The translations under genes were made by a program, and so were the position numbers. 64,000 nt of DNA from Vicinamibacteria bacterium (GTDB taxonomy: Bacteria > Acidobacteriota > Vicinamibacteria > Marinacidobacterales > Marinacidobacteraceae). Positions 29,864 through 39,802 of the stretch are shown here, in pieces (the stretch's first letter is position 1; the number at the start of each line of letters is the position of its first letter). Under the pieces are notes generated by a model. It made no database searches. It was not told the origin of the DNA and saw nothing but the letters and a program-made list of their open reading frames with translations. The stretch is taken from assembly GCA_965199715.1 (NCBI GenBank), contig OZ241322.1, forward strand, positions 1,310,824-1,374,823, given 5' to 3'.

Positions 29864-30595
29864 ATGCGCCGGCTGCGGGCGATCGTCGGGACGCTGGCGA
29901 TCGCGGTCGTCCTGCCGACGATGCTGCTGGGCGGCCTCGTCATGATCCCGTTGGCCGACTGGTTCGGCGGGAAGCGGCGCCTCGGCTACGAGATCGGGCG
30001 GGCGATCATGGGCGCCAGCTTCCGGGTCGCCGGCGTGCGGGTGGTCGTCGAGGGACGCGAGCTGATCGAGCCCTGGGAGACGAGGGTGTACGTCCCGAAC
30101 CACGCCTCGCTCATGGACATGCCCGCCGTCATGTACGTGATCCCCGGCGCCAACTCGACGCTCATCAAGCGCGAGGCGTACCGGGTGCCGCTCGTCGGGA
30201 CCGCGTTCCGCCAAGTCGGGTTCCTGCCGGTGGAGCGGGCGCAGAAGGCTTCGGCGCGCAAGAGCCTCGACGAGGCCGTCCGCGTGGCCCGCGCCGGCCA
30301 TTCGTTCATCATCGCCCCCGAGGGGACCCGAAGCCGCACCGGGAAGGTCGGGCCGTTCCGGTCCGGCGCGTTCCGCATCGCCGCCGCGGCCGGGATTCCG
30401 GTGGTTCCGGTGAGCGTGACCGGCGCCGCCGGGCTCATGCCGCCCGGGTCGTGGCTGCTCTACTCCGGGGTCGTCCGGATCCGCTTCCACCGCCCGATTC
30501 CGACGACCGGCATGGACCGGGAGCGGCTCTCCGAGCTGCGGACGGAGGTCCGGCGGATGATCGTGGACGCGCTCGAGGAGGCCGAGAATGCCTGA
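29864..30595 (+). CDS. plsC: 1-acyl-sn-glycerol-3-phosphate acyltransferase (lysophospholipid acyltransferase)
   Basis: NHASLMD (HX4D) and PEGTRS motifs; N-terminal TM helix. Confidence 0.8.
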   Translation: MRRLRAIVGTLAIAVVLPTMLLGGLVMIPLADWFGGKRRLGYEIGRAIMGASFRVAGVRVVVEGRELIEPWETRVYVPNHASLMDMPAVMYVIPGANSTLIKREAYRVPLVGTAFRQVGFLPVERAQKASARKSLDEAVRVARAGHSFIIAPEGTRSRTGKVGPFRSGAFRIAAAAGIPVVPVSVTGAAGLMPPGSWLLYSGVVRIRFHRPIPTTGMDRERLSELRTEVRRMIVDALEEAENA

Positions 30596-31331
30596 TTCGG
30601 GGACGCTCGTGCTGCTGCGTCACGGCGAGAGCGTCTGGAACCGCGAGAACCGTTTCACCGGCTGGCTGGACGCGCCACTCTCCGACGCCGGGCGCGAGGA
30701 GGCCCGCCGCGCCGGGGCCCGGCTACGGGAAGCCGGGATCCTGCCGGCGGCCGCGCACGCGTCGGCGCTCCAGCGCGCCATCCACACCCTCTGGCTCGTC
30801 CTCGACGGGATCGAGGCGCCGTGGATCCCGACCCGCTGCTCGTGGCGGCTGAACGAGCGCCACTACGGCGCGCTGCAAGGAGCCGACAAGGCGGAGATCG
30901 CGAGCCGCCACGGAGAGGAAGCGACCATGCGCTGGCGGCGGAGCTTCGACGGCACGCCGCCGCCGCTGCCCGAAGACCACCCCGACCACCCGCGCCGCGA
31001 CCGAAGGTACCGGGACGTGCCGCCTGCGCTCCTGCCGGCCACGGAATCCCTCGCGGACGCCCAGCGGCGGGTGCTCGCCCACTTCGAGGAGTCCATCGTC
31101 CCCGATCTGCGGGAGGGGCCGGTGCTCGTCGTCGCCCACGGCAACAGCCTTCGCTCGCTCATCATGCGCCTCGACGATCTCAGCCCCGCCGAGATCGCCG
31201 GACGGAACGTCCCGACCGGAATTCCGGTGATCTATCGGCTCGACCGGAACGGGCGGGCGACCGACAAGCGCTGGCTCGCGCCTCCCGACGAGCTGAGAAG
31301 CCGCGTGGCTCTCGCCGAGCGGCGACCGTAG
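30588..31331 (+). CDS. gpmA: 2,3-bisphosphoglycerate-dependent phosphoglycerate mutase
   Basis: LLRHGESVWNRENRFTGW catalytic His motif, AHGNSLR. Confidence 0.85.
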   Translation: MPDSGTLVLLRHGESVWNRENRFTGWLDAPLSDAGREEARRAGARLREAGILPAAAHASALQRAIHTLWLVLDGIEAPWIPTRCSWRLNERHYGALQGADKAEIASRHGEEATMRWRRSFDGTPPPLPEDHPDHPRRDRRYRDVPPALLPATESLADAQRRVLAHFEESIVPDLREGPVLVVAHGNSLRSLIMRLDDLSPAEIAGRNVPTGIPVIYRLDRNGRATDKRWLAPPDELRSRVALAERRP

Positions 31332-31352
31332 GGAGGCCGCCGACCGGGGCGC

Positions 31353-32648
31353 TCAGTGTCCCTTGTGGCCGAGCGGCCCCCGCGCGCCGGCCTTCTTGCC
31401 GGTGTCCGCGCTCTCCTTCGAGCCCTCGCCCGACAGGATCGCCGGCACGTCCACGCCGGTCGCGGTCTTGATCTGCTCGAGGAACGCCGCCACCGAGCCG
31501 GTGAGTCCGCGCACGTGCGTCGGGATGCCGTTCCCGTCGCCGTTGTCGACGACCGTGAGCCGCTCGACGTGCAGGTTGTCGTGGAGGACGTGAGTGACCT
31601 TGTCCACGAGCTGCGGGAGCATCTGGAAGAGCATGATCTCGCGGGCCGCGTCGTCCTCCCACTGCCCCTTGATGACCTCCATGGCGTCCGCCGTCGCGCG
31701 TCCGTCCTCGCGGATGCTCGCGGCCTTGCCCTCGGCCTTCCGGGCGGCGGCGGCGCTCGCGGCCTCCGCCGGGACGACCGTGTTGGCCTTCTCCCTAAGC
31801 TCATTGCGCTCGACCCGGACGCTCTCCAACTCGCGCTCTTCCTTCACCCGGGCGATGCGGTTCGCGATCCCGGCCACGGCCTCCGCCTCGTTGGCCTCCT
31901 TGTCGCGCTCCGCCCGACGCATCCGGACGGCGTGCTCGGCGTCCACGATCGCCGTCTCGGCGGCGGTCTCGGCGACGACCGCATCGCGCTTCGAGCTCGC
32001 CGCCACGTCGCGCGCCTCCGCGTCGGCGCGGGCCTCTGCCACGAGGGCGTCCTTCCGCACCGTCGCGCTGCGCTTCCTCCCGATCGCCTCGAGGTAACCC
32101 TCGCCGTCGCCGAGGTGCTGGACCTGGAGGGTGTCGAGCACGAGCCCCAGCCGGTCGAAGTCCTCGCGGGCGGCCTTCGCGGCCTCGCCGGAGAGCTTCA
32201 GCCGCGAGGCGTTGGCCTCCTCGGGGCTCAGGTTCGCGAGGACGCCCCGCAGGCTTCCCTCGAGCGTCTGGCGGGCCACGGTCCGGATCTCGTGGCTGCT
32301 CTTTCCGAGGAAACGCTCGACCGCGGCCCGCAGGCCAGCGGACGTATCGCCGGAGACCTTCACGGTCGCGATCGCGTCCACGCGCAACGGGATCATTCCC
32401 TTCGAGAGCGCCTTGCCGAGCGACACCTCGATGGGGATGGTGTTCAGCGAGATCCGGTGCACGGACTCGACGAGCGGGCGGCGGAAGCCCCGGCCGCCGC
32501 GGAGGATCCGCGAGCCGCGGCGACCGCCCGAGAAGATCACCGCCTCGTTCGGAGCGCACACCACGACGTGAGTGCGGATGAACAGGATGATCGCGACGAA
32601 GGCGACGGCCCCGAGCGCGAGGACGATTCCGATGGTTCCTGGAGTCAT
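31353..32648 (-). CDS. SPFH/band-7 domain flotillin-like membrane protein
   Basis: 431 aa; N-terminal TM helix, SPFH domain, long Ala/Glu-rich coiled-coil flotillin-type tail. Confidence 0.7.
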   Translation of the reverse strand: MTPGTIGIVLALGAVAFVAIILFIRTHVVVCAPNEAVIFSGGRRGSRILRGGRGFRRPLVESVHRISLNTIPIEVSLGKALSKGMIPLRVDAIATVKVSGDTSAGLRAAVERFLGKSSHEIRTVARQTLEGSLRGVLANLSPEEANASRLKLSGEAAKAAREDFDRLGLVLDTLQVQHLGDGEGYLEAIGRKRSATVRKDALVAEARADAEARDVAASSKRDAVVAETAAETAIVDAEHAVRMRRAERDKEANEAEAVAGIANRIARVKEERELESVRVERNELREKANTVVPAEAASAAAARKAEGKAASIREDGRATADAMEVIKGQWEDDAAREIMLFQMLPQLVDKVTHVLHDNLHVERLTVVDNGDGNGIPTHVRGLTGSVAAFLEQIKTATGVDVPAILSGEGSKESADTGKKAGARGPLGHKGH

Positions 32649-32753
32649 GGAGAAGTCTCCCTGGGACGCTGACGGGTCGGGAACGGCGTGACCCGGGTCG
32701 GTGGCGTGCGGCGGGCGTTGCGTTCGTTCCCGCTCGCGCGGCGCAATCGGCTG

Positions 32754-34169
32754 CTAGACATCGTAGTAAAGCGCGAACTCGGCGGGATGGGGGCGCTGGT
32801 CGATGTACGCGAGTTCCTGGGTGCGCTTGTAGCGGATCCAAGTCTCGATGACGTCTTGGGTGAAGACGTCGCCGCGCTTGAGGTACTCGTTGTCGTCCTC
32901 GAGCGAGAACAGCGCGCTCTTGAGGGTGGGGGGCGTGTCCTTGATCTTGCGCTGCTCGGCCTCGGGCATCGTGTAGATGTCCCGGTCCACCGGGTCGGGC
33001 GGCTCCGTCTGGTCGAGGACGCCGTCCACGCCGGCCATCAGGATGGCCGCGAAGGCGAGGTACGGGTTCGCGCTCGGATCGGGACACCGGAACTCGACGC
33101 GCTTCGCCGCCGGGCTCGCGGAATACATCGGGATGCGGACCGCAGCGGAGCGGTTCCGCTGCGAATAGACCAGCTTGACCGGGGCTTCGTAGCCCGGGAC
33201 GAGGCGCCGGTAGGAGTTCATCGTCGGGCAGGTGAACGCGAGCAGGGACGCCGCGTGCTTGAGGATGCCCCCGATGAACCAGCGCCCGGCGTCGCTGACT
33301 CCGGCGTAGCCCTTCGGGTCATAGAAGGTGTTCCGGCCGCCGTGCCAGAGGCTGACGTGGCAGTGCATTCCGGAGCCGTTGTCCCCGAAGAGCGGCTTCG
33401 GCATGAAGGTGGCCGTCTTTCCGTGGGCGTGGGCGGTGTTCTTGACGATGTACTTGAACTTCGTCATCGAGTCCGCCATCGTGAGGATGTCGGCGTACTT
33501 CAGCCCGATCTCGCACTGGCCGCCGCTGCCCACTTCCTGGTGGTGGAGCTCGGCGTCCACGCCGCACGCGCGCAGCTTCGTGACCATGTCCGAGCGGACG
33601 TTCTGGTATGGATCCGTCGGAGGCATGCGGAAGTACGCCTGTTTCAGCCGCGGCTTGTGGCCGAGGTTCGGAGTCTCGACGCGCCCGGAGTTCCAGCCGC
33701 CGATCACCGAGTCCACCCGGTAGAACGCCTCGTTGACGGTCTGGTCGAACCGGACGTCGTCGAAGATGTAGAACTCGGCCTCGGGGCCGAAGTAGCAGGT
33801 GTCCGCGAGCCGGGACGTGCTCAGGAAGCGCTTCGCCTTCTCGACGATGTTCCTAGGGTCGCGCGGATAGAGCTCGAGCGAGATCGGGTCCTTGACGTTG
33901 CAGATGAACGCGAGCGTGGGCTCCTCGTAGAACGGATCCACGAACGCGGTGTCGGGATCGGGGCGCAGGAGCATGTCGCTCTTGTCGATCGCCTGGAAGC
34001 CGCGGACCGAGGACCCGTCGAACCCGATCCCCTTGACGAACATGTCCTCGTCGAAGGCGCTGATGGAGTAGGTGATGTGGTACCACGCGCCGAGCAGGTC
34101 CACGAAGCGAAAGTCGACGAAGCGGATGTTGCCGTCCGAAATGGCCCGGCGAACGCTGCGTAGGGACAC
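32754..34169 (-). CDS. glnA: Glutamine synthetase type I
   Basis: 471 aa; GS signatures (FDGSS, KPLFGDNGSGMHCHVSLW, adenylylation-loop region NPY). Confidence 0.9.
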   Translation of the reverse strand: MSLRSVRRAISDGNIRFVDFRFVDLLGAWYHITYSISAFDEDMFVKGIGFDGSSVRGFQAIDKSDMLLRPDPDTAFVDPFYEEPTLAFICNVKDPISLELYPRDPRNIVEKAKRFLSTSRLADTCYFGPEAEFYIFDDVRFDQTVNEAFYRVDSVIGGWNSGRVETPNLGHKPRLKQAYFRMPPTDPYQNVRSDMVTKLRACGVDAELHHQEVGSGGQCEIGLKYADILTMADSMTKFKYIVKNTAHAHGKTATFMPKPLFGDNGSGMHCHVSLWHGGRNTFYDPKGYAGVSDAGRWFIGGILKHAASLLAFTCPTMNSYRRLVPGYEAPVKLVYSQRNRSAAVRIPMYSASPAAKRVEFRCPDPSANPYLAFAAILMAGVDGVLDQTEPPDPVDRDIYTMPEAEQRKIKDTPPTLKSALFSLEDDNEYLKRGDVFTQDVIETWIRYKRTQELAYIDQRPHPAEFALYYDV

Positions 34170-34178
34170 GGAACCTCC

Positions 34179-34520
34179 TCAGCCGATGGCCTGCGACCCG
34201 CGTTCGCCGGTGCGGATGCGAACGACGTCCCAGAGGTCGGTGATGAAGATCTTCCCGTCCCCGGCCTCCCCGGTCTGCGTCGCCCGCAGGATCGCCTGGA
34301 TGGCGCGATCCACGAAGTCCTCGTTCACCGCGATGTCCACGCGGATCCGCTTGAGGATGTCCACCTGGGTCTGGACGCCCCGGAAGGTGGCGGCGTACCC
34401 CTTCTGGGTGCCGTGGCCCACTCCGGCGGCCACCGAGAACTTGTGGATCTGGGCGCCGAACAGCTCTTCCTGCACGCGGGGAAGACTCTCCGGCTGAAGG
34501 ATGGCGGTCACTAGTTTCAT
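34179..34520 (-). CDS. glnB: P-II family nitrogen regulatory protein (GlnB/GlnK)
   Basis: 113 aa; T-loop region GTQKGYAATFRG; located between amt and glnA, so likely GlnK-type. Confidence 0.85.
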   Translation of the reverse strand: MKLVTAILQPESLPRVQEELFGAQIHKFSVAAGVGHGTQKGYAATFRGVQTQVDILKRIRVDIAVNEDFVDRAIQAILRATQTGEAGDGKIFITDLWDVVRIRTGERGSQAIG

Positions 34521-34560
34521 GCTGCCGAACCCCTTGTGGAGCGGTGCGCGATTCCCGGGC

Positions 34561-35877
34561 TCAGGAACTCAGGATCTGGAATCCGGAGTAGGACTCCATC
34601 CCGTGCTCGTTGAGGTCGAGGCCGCGGATCTCCTCCTCGCGGCTGACCCGGAGGCCGAGCACCGCGTCGATCGCGAGGAACACGAGTCCCATGGAAAGGA
34701 AGACGAAGGCGCCCGACGCCAACCCGCCCAGCGCCTGGATCCCGAGCTGCTCGAAGCCGCCGCCGTAGAAGAGCCCCTCGGTCGCGACCCCAAGCGACTC
34801 GCGCCCCCACAGGCCGACCGTGAGGGTTCCCCAGAACCCGCACAGGCCGTGGACCGGGAACGCGCCGCAGGGATCGTCGATGCGCAGCTTGTCGAGGATG
34901 CGCACGCCGATGATCACCGCGACGCCGCCGGTCATGCCGATCCAGACCGAGGCGGCCGGGCTCACCACGGCGCAGGGCGCGGTGATCGACACGAGGCCGG
35001 CGAGCGCGCCGTTCATCGTGAAGAACAGGTCCGGCTTGCCGTAGAGGACCCACGACAGCGCCGTCGTGATGAGCGCTCCGGCCGACGCCGCGAGGTTCGT
35101 GTTGATGGCGATCAGCGAGATGAGTTCGCCGTCGCCCACCGAGAGCGCGGACCCGGGATTGAAGCCGAACCACCCGAACCAGAGGATGAACACGCCGAGC
35201 GACGCGAGCGGCACCGAGTGGCCGGAGATGAAGTTGATGGAGCCGTCGGCGTTGTACCGGCCGAGCCGGGGGCCGAGGATCCAGGCGCCGACCAGCGCGG
35301 CGACGCCGCCGGTCATGTGCACCACGGTGGAGCCGGCGAAGTCGAAGAAGTTCAACCCGGCGAGCCAGCCGCCGCCCCACGTCCAGTGGCCGACGACCGG
35401 ATACACGAACGCCGAGATGACGAACGAGTAGGCGAGGTACGCGGTGAACCGCATCCGCTCCGCCATGCCGCCGGCCACGATCGTGGCCGCCGCCCCGCAA
35501 AACGCCGCCTGGAACAGCCAGAACGCCCAGATCGGAACGTCCGCGCCGGACTCCGCCCCGACGAGCAGGAACCCGCTGGTGCCGAAGAGCGGGTTGCCCT
35601 CCGAGAACATGATCGCGTAGCCGAAGATGAAGAACCCGAGCGACGCCATGCAGTAGTCGAGGAAGTTCTTCGTGAGGATGTTGCAGGTGTTCTTGGCGCG
35701 GATGAAGCCGGCCTCGAGCAGCCCGAAGCCCGCCTGCATGAAGAACACGAGGAAGGCGGACATCAGGATGAACATCGTGTCCAGTCCCACGGCGCTGATC
35801 GGCCCCCCGTCCTGGGCGAACGCCGGAGAGGCCGCGGCCAGCGCCGTCACCCCGAACAACAGGAGTCGCCTCGTCAT
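34561..35877 (-). CDS. amtB: Ammonium transporter (Amt/MEP family)
   Basis: Start at internal ATG MTRRLLLFGVTALAAASPAFA (signal peptide; residue 22 of track ORF); Amt motifs (DFAGSTVVH, twin-His region). Confidence 0.85.
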   Translation of the reverse strand: MTRRLLLFGVTALAAASPAFAQDGGPISAVGLDTMFILMSAFLVFFMQAGFGLLEAGFIRAKNTCNILTKNFLDYCMASLGFFIFGYAIMFSEGNPLFGTSGFLLVGAESGADVPIWAFWLFQAAFCGAAATIVAGGMAERMRFTAYLAYSFVISAFVYPVVGHWTWGGGWLAGLNFFDFAGSTVVHMTGGVAALVGAWILGPRLGRYNADGSINFISGHSVPLASLGVFILWFGWFGFNPGSALSVGDGELISLIAINTNLAASAGALITTALSWVLYGKPDLFFTMNGALAGLVSITAPCAVVSPAASVWIGMTGGVAVIIGVRILDKLRIDDPCGAFPVHGLCGFWGTLTVGLWGRESLGVATEGLFYGGGFEQLGIQALGGLASGAFVFLSMGLVFLAIDAVLGLRVSREEEIRGLDLNEHGMESYSGFQILSS

Positions 35878-35968
35878 CGAATCAGTCTCCTGGGACAATC
35901 CCCGGCGGGGCGGCCGCCATCCCCGCTGGCGCAGCCGCAATCGACCACCTTCTCCCGCCGAAGGTATC

Positions 35969-35990
35969 AGACGCGGCGCGCGGCGCGTCT
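35969..35990 (-). terminator. GC-rich hairpin 16 nt downstream of ssrA 3' end (putative terminator, no U-tract)
   Basis: AGACGCG-CCGCGCGC-CGCGTCT stem-loop read directly on minus strand. Confidence 0.3.
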
Positions 35991-36005
35991 TCCGGGGACT
36001 TCGGT

Positions 36006-36375
36006 TGGTGGAGGCGGCGGGAATCGAACCCGCGTCCGGAGAGCTTCCACGGCGACCTCTACATGATTAGCCGAGTTGTCCTGGCTCCGCGCCCGAGGGC
36101 GCTTCGCCGTCTCGCGATCGAACCGGATCAACGCGGCGAAACGCGACCCGATCGCCAGCCCTTGGTCTCGCCGGCGGATCGGGCAGGCCCGCCGGCCAGT
36201 TCACCTGATCGACGCCCGATCCTGCCCGGTGAACGGGAACAGGGCGGACGTGGCGGCCTTAAGCCGCCAGGGCCAGTTCGTTGTCGGCCTTTGTGTTTTT
36301 CCACCGTTTGCGAGAGGTGGACCCACGTCATGCAATCGCCGCTTCACTTCCCCCCGTCGAACCCAGTACGCCCCC
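36006..36375 (-). ncRNA. ssrA: tmRNA (SsrA), tag peptide (A)ADNELALAA
   Basis: Minus-strand RNA starts GGGGGCGUACUGGGUUCGACGGGG and ends GGGUUCGAUUCCCGCCGCCUCCACCA (tRNA-like acceptor/T-arm, encoded CCA); internal reading frame GCC GAC AAC GAA CUG GCC CUG GCG GCU UAA gives canonical ...ALAA degradation tag. Confidence 0.9.
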
Positions 36376-36455
36376 TTCCAACTCATTGAAGGAAAGATGC
36401 TTATGTCCAGGAATGCCTTCCGGAGGAACGCAAGGCAACGTGGTAGTGTAGCACC

Positions 36456-38639
36456 ATGGCACGGGTCAGGGCGCAGGGCGCGGCCGCAGTCCTCCTCGCC
36501 GCCGTGGCGGTGGGGGCGCAGGCGCAGGAATCAGACCGGCGATGGGTTCCGTGGACGGGCCTCGCCGCGCTCGACGGCGACCTGGCGCGGGTGCGCGAGG
36601 CGGCGCTGGCGTCGGGATCGGCCCGCCGGGACGCGCTGCGCGAGCTCGCCGGCGACGAGTCGCTGACCGGGCGGGCCCGGGGCGCGGCGTCGTTCCGGCT
36701 CGGGACGCTCGAACTGGACCGCAGCCGCTGGAGCGCGGCGCTCGACGCCTTCGACCATCCCGGGATCGGCGCGCTGCGCCCCGACGCGCTGCTGCGCGCC
36801 GGGAAGGACCTTCCGGCGGCCCGAACCCAGGACGCGATCGAGCGCCTCGAGGCGCTTCTCGCCGATCATCCGGACTGGACCGAGGCCGACCGCGCCCGCG
36901 TCGAGCTGGCGCGCCGGCTGCGCGATTCGCGGCGGCACGAGGACGCGCTCGCGACCTACGGCGCGGTCGAGCGGGCCAGCCTCAGGGGCGACGCGCTCGC
37001 GGGACAGGCGCACAGCCTCGAGGCGCTCGGGCGGCGCGAGGAGGCGGCGCGGGCGCTCGAGACCCTCTACTACGACATGCCGGCGCACCCACAGTCGCTG
37101 CCCGCGGGACGGCGCCTCTCGGATCTGTACAAGTCGTCCTCGGTGCGGTCCCCGCCGCCGGCCGAGCGCTATCCCGGGGCGATGCGCCGCGCCGCCGGCT
37201 TCGCCCGCGCCGGCGACCACCGCCGGGCGCACCAGAATTACCTCGAGGTCGCGAACCGGTTCTCCGCCGCCGCCGACTCCGAGCTGGTTCGGCTGCGCAT
37301 CGGAGTCTCGGAATTCCACCGGGGACGGCTGAGCGCGTCGCTGCGGACCCTGCTCCGGGTGAAGCGGGAGGATCTGCTTCCCGAGGCGCTCTACTACCGG
37401 GGGGAGTCGCTGCGGCGGCTGGACCGGGTGAGCCGCCAGACCGACGTGCTGGAGGAGCTGCTGGCGCTGCCGGGCGAGCACCCGTTCCGCGCCCGGGCGC
37501 TCTACAGCCTCGCCCGGAGCCGGCTCGCCGACAACGACCGCGTGGGCGCCCTTCCGTTCCTCGCGCGCCTCGCCGAGCTCCCGCCCGGTTCGGAGCGCCA
37601 CCTGTTCGCGCTATGGCACGTGCTGTGGGACCGCTACCGCAACGGCGACCACGACGGGCTGGCGGACGAATTCGAGGCCGCGGCGCGGGAGAACCCCGGC
37701 GAGTTCATGGCCGGCCAGTTCCTGTACTTCGCCGGACGGGTGGAGGACGAGGCGGGCGACCGCGACCGGGCGGCCGGGCTGTACCGGGAGGTCGTGCTCG
37801 GATACCGGAACTCGTTCTACGGGCGGATGGCGGGCGAGCGGCTCGCCGCGATCGCGGGCGAGGACGCGCTGCGCGGCCCCGAGGTGGAGCGGGCGCTCAT
37901 CCTCGACCGGTTCCGGGTCCGCCGCGAGGACGGCGCCCGCGAGGTCGAGGGCCTCTACGCGGCGGGTCTCGCCGGCGCCGCCTCGAGCACGGCGGCGGCG
38001 CTCGCCCGCGCCGGGGAGCCCGACGACGCCGCCTTCGAGGCGATGCGGGGCTGGCTCGAGAGCCGGCGCCGGCGCAACGTCCCGGCGATCCAGGCGCTCC
38101 AGCGGGCGGCTCCGTTCCACACCTCGATCGCGGGCGACGAGCTGCCGGAAGCCTTCTGGCGCATCTTCTACCCGCTCGACTACGAGGAGGGGATCCGCGC
38201 CGGGGCCGAACGCTGGAACCTCGATCCGCACCTCGTCGCCGCGCTGATCCGGCAGGAGTCGGCGTTCACCGCCCGCACGACCTCGCCGGTGGGGGCGCGC
38301 GGGCTCATGCAGATCATGCCGCCCACCGGTCGGGCGCTGGCCCGGACCGAGGGCATCTCGTTCTCGACCCGCCGCCTGTACGACCCCGACGTGAACATCC
38401 GCCTCGGCACCCGCTACTTCCGCCAGCTTCTCGAGGAGTTCGGCCAGCGGCCCGACTACGCGCTCGCCGGATACAACGCCGGGCCGCACCGGGTGCGCCG
38501 GTGGAGCGACGGCGACCTCGACATCCCGCTCGAGGTCTGGGTCGAGGAGATTCCGTTCACCGAGACCCGCAACTACGTGAAGCTCATCATGCGGAACGAG
38601 ATGATGTACCGGCGCCTGTACCCCGGGCTCGCCGAGTGA
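36456..38639 (+). CDS. Soluble lytic murein transglycosylase (Slt70-like: superhelical TPR-like N-domain + family-1 SLT domain), secreted
   Basis: 727 aa; signal peptide; C-terminal SLT motifs (IRQESAFTARTTSPVGARGLMQIMPPTG, catalytic E in ES motif, AGYNAGP). Confidence 0.8.
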   Translation: MARVRAQGAAAVLLAAVAVGAQAQESDRRWVPWTGLAALDGDLARVREAALASGSARRDALRELAGDESLTGRARGAASFRLGTLELDRSRWSAALDAFDHPGIGALRPDALLRAGKDLPAARTQDAIERLEALLADHPDWTEADRARVELARRLRDSRRHEDALATYGAVERASLRGDALAGQAHSLEALGRREEAARALETLYYDMPAHPQSLPAGRRLSDLYKSSSVRSPPPAERYPGAMRRAAGFARAGDHRRAHQNYLEVANRFSAAADSELVRLRIGVSEFHRGRLSASLRTLLRVKREDLLPEALYYRGESLRRLDRVSRQTDVLEELLALPGEHPFRARALYSLARSRLADNDRVGALPFLARLAELPPGSERHLFALWHVLWDRYRNGDHDGLADEFEAAARENPGEFMAGQFLYFAGRVEDEAGDRDRAAGLYREVVLGYRNSFYGRMAGERLAAIAGEDALRGPEVERALILDRFRVRREDGAREVEGLYAAGLAGAASSTAAALARAGEPDDAAFEAMRGWLESRRRRNVPAIQALQRAAPFHTSIAGDELPEAFWRIFYPLDYEEGIRAGAERWNLDPHLVAALIRQESAFTARTTSPVGARGLMQIMPPTGRALARTEGISFSTRRLYDPDVNIRLGTRYFRQLLEEFGQRPDYALAGYNAGPHRVRRWSDGDLDIPLEVWVEEIPFTETRNYVKLIMRNEMMYRRLYPGLAE

Positions 38640-39802
38640 GCGAGGCGCGCCGGCGGACCAGCGGCAAGATCGCCCGATTCACCGAGTCGGTGATCCGGGA
38701 GATGACCCGCCTGTGCAACGAACGCGGCGGGATCAACCTCGCGCAGGGGTTTCCCGACTTTCCCGCCCCGGCGGAGGTCAAGGAGGCCGCGGTCGCCGCC
38801 ATCCGGCGGGACGTGAACCAGTACGCGATCACCTGGGGCGCGAAATCGCTGCGCGACGCGCTCGCCGAGCGGTATCGCGCCGCCTACGGCATGGACGTGA
38901 ACCCCGAGACCGACCTCACGGTCGCGTGCGGCTCGACCGAGGCCATGCTGGCGTCGCTGCTGGCGGTCGTGGATCCGGGCGACGAGGTGATCGTGTTCGA
39001 GCCGTTCTACGAGAACTACGGTCCCGACGCGGTGCTGTGCGGCGCGACCGCGCGCTACGTGCGCCTTCGCGAGCCGGACTGGAGCATCGATCCGGCGGAG
39101 CTCGAGGCCGCGGTCACGCCGCGCGCGCGGGCGATCATCGTCAACAGCCCCCAGAACCCGAGCGGCAAGGTGTTCTCGCGTGAGGAGCTTCTGGAGATCG
39201 CCCGGGTCTGCCGCGAGCGCGACCTGATCGCGATCACCGACGAGATCTACGAGTACATGACCTACGACGGGGCCGAGCACGTCCCGCTCGCGACGCTGCC
39301 GGGCATGGCCGAGCGGACGATCACGATCAGCGGGCTCTCGAAGTCCTACTCGGTCACCGGCTGGCGGGTCGGCTGGACCGTGGCCAGCCCGGAGATCACC
39401 GGGGCGATCCGCAAGGTCCACGACTTCCTCACCGTCGGGGCCGCCGCTCCCCTGCAGGAGGCGGGCGCCGTCGCGCTGCGGCTCCCCGAGTCCTATCGCC
39501 AAGAGCTCCGAGAGCGCTACCGGGAACGCCGCGACCTGATGCTCGCGGCGCTCACGGACGCCGGGTTCCGCTGCTTCGAGCCGCGCGGGGCCTACTACGT
39601 GATGACCGACATCTCCGGCTTCGGGTTTCCCGACGACGTCGCCTTCGCCCGCCACCTCGTGGAGCAGGTCGGCGTGGCCGCCGTGCCCGGCTCGAGCTTC
39701 TACCGGGACGGCGGGGCGGGACGGCAGCGGCTTCGCTTCACCTTCTGCAAGGAACTCTCGACGCTGCGGGAAGCGGCGAGGCGGCTGCGGACCCTGCGGT
39801 GA
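38636..39802 (+). CDS. Class I/II pyridoxal-phosphate-dependent aminotransferase
   Basis: GTG start overlapping slt stop (GTGA); INLAQGFPDF, NSPQNPSGKV, SGLSKSYSVTGWRVGW (PLP-lysine region). Track shows it inside a spurious 1086-aa frame. Confidence 0.8.
   Translation: MSEARRRTSGKIARFTESVIREMTRLCNERGGINLAQGFPDFPAPAEVKEAAVAAIRRDVNQYAITWGAKSLRDALAERYRAAYGMDVNPETDLTVACGSTEAMLASLLAVVDPGDEVIVFEPFYENYGPDAVLCGATARYVRLREPDWSIDPAELEAAVTPRARAIIVNSPQNPSGKVFSREELLEIARVCRERDLIAITDEIYEYMTYDGAEHVPLATLPGMAERTITISGLSKSYSVTGWRVGWTVASPEITGAIRKVHDFLTVGAAAPLQEAGAVALRLPESYRQELRERYRERRDLMLAALTDAGFRCFEPRGAYYVMTDISGFGFPDDVAFARHLVEQVGVAAVPGSSFYRDGGAGRQRLRFTFCKELSTLREAARRLRTLR

Noticed and set aside
35878-36005. Sigma-54 (-24/-12) promoter upstream of amt-glnK-glnA
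   Set aside because: The best candidate TGGTCGATTGCG has GG and GC elements separated by 6 instead of 10 nt; no convincing NtrC-type enhancer palindromes seen by eye.
36006-36030. Genomic island integrated at the ssrA 3' end
   Set aside because: The flanking genes are the native amt-glnK-glnA nitrogen operon with core-like GC; no integrase, att-like duplicate of the tmRNA 3' end, or phage genes within the window.
36542-39802. 1086-aa ORF spanning the Slt and aminotransferase genes
   Set aside because: Same artefact: the alternative frame through slt translates as Arg/Gly/Pro-rich junk; only the aminotransferase from GTG 38636 is real.
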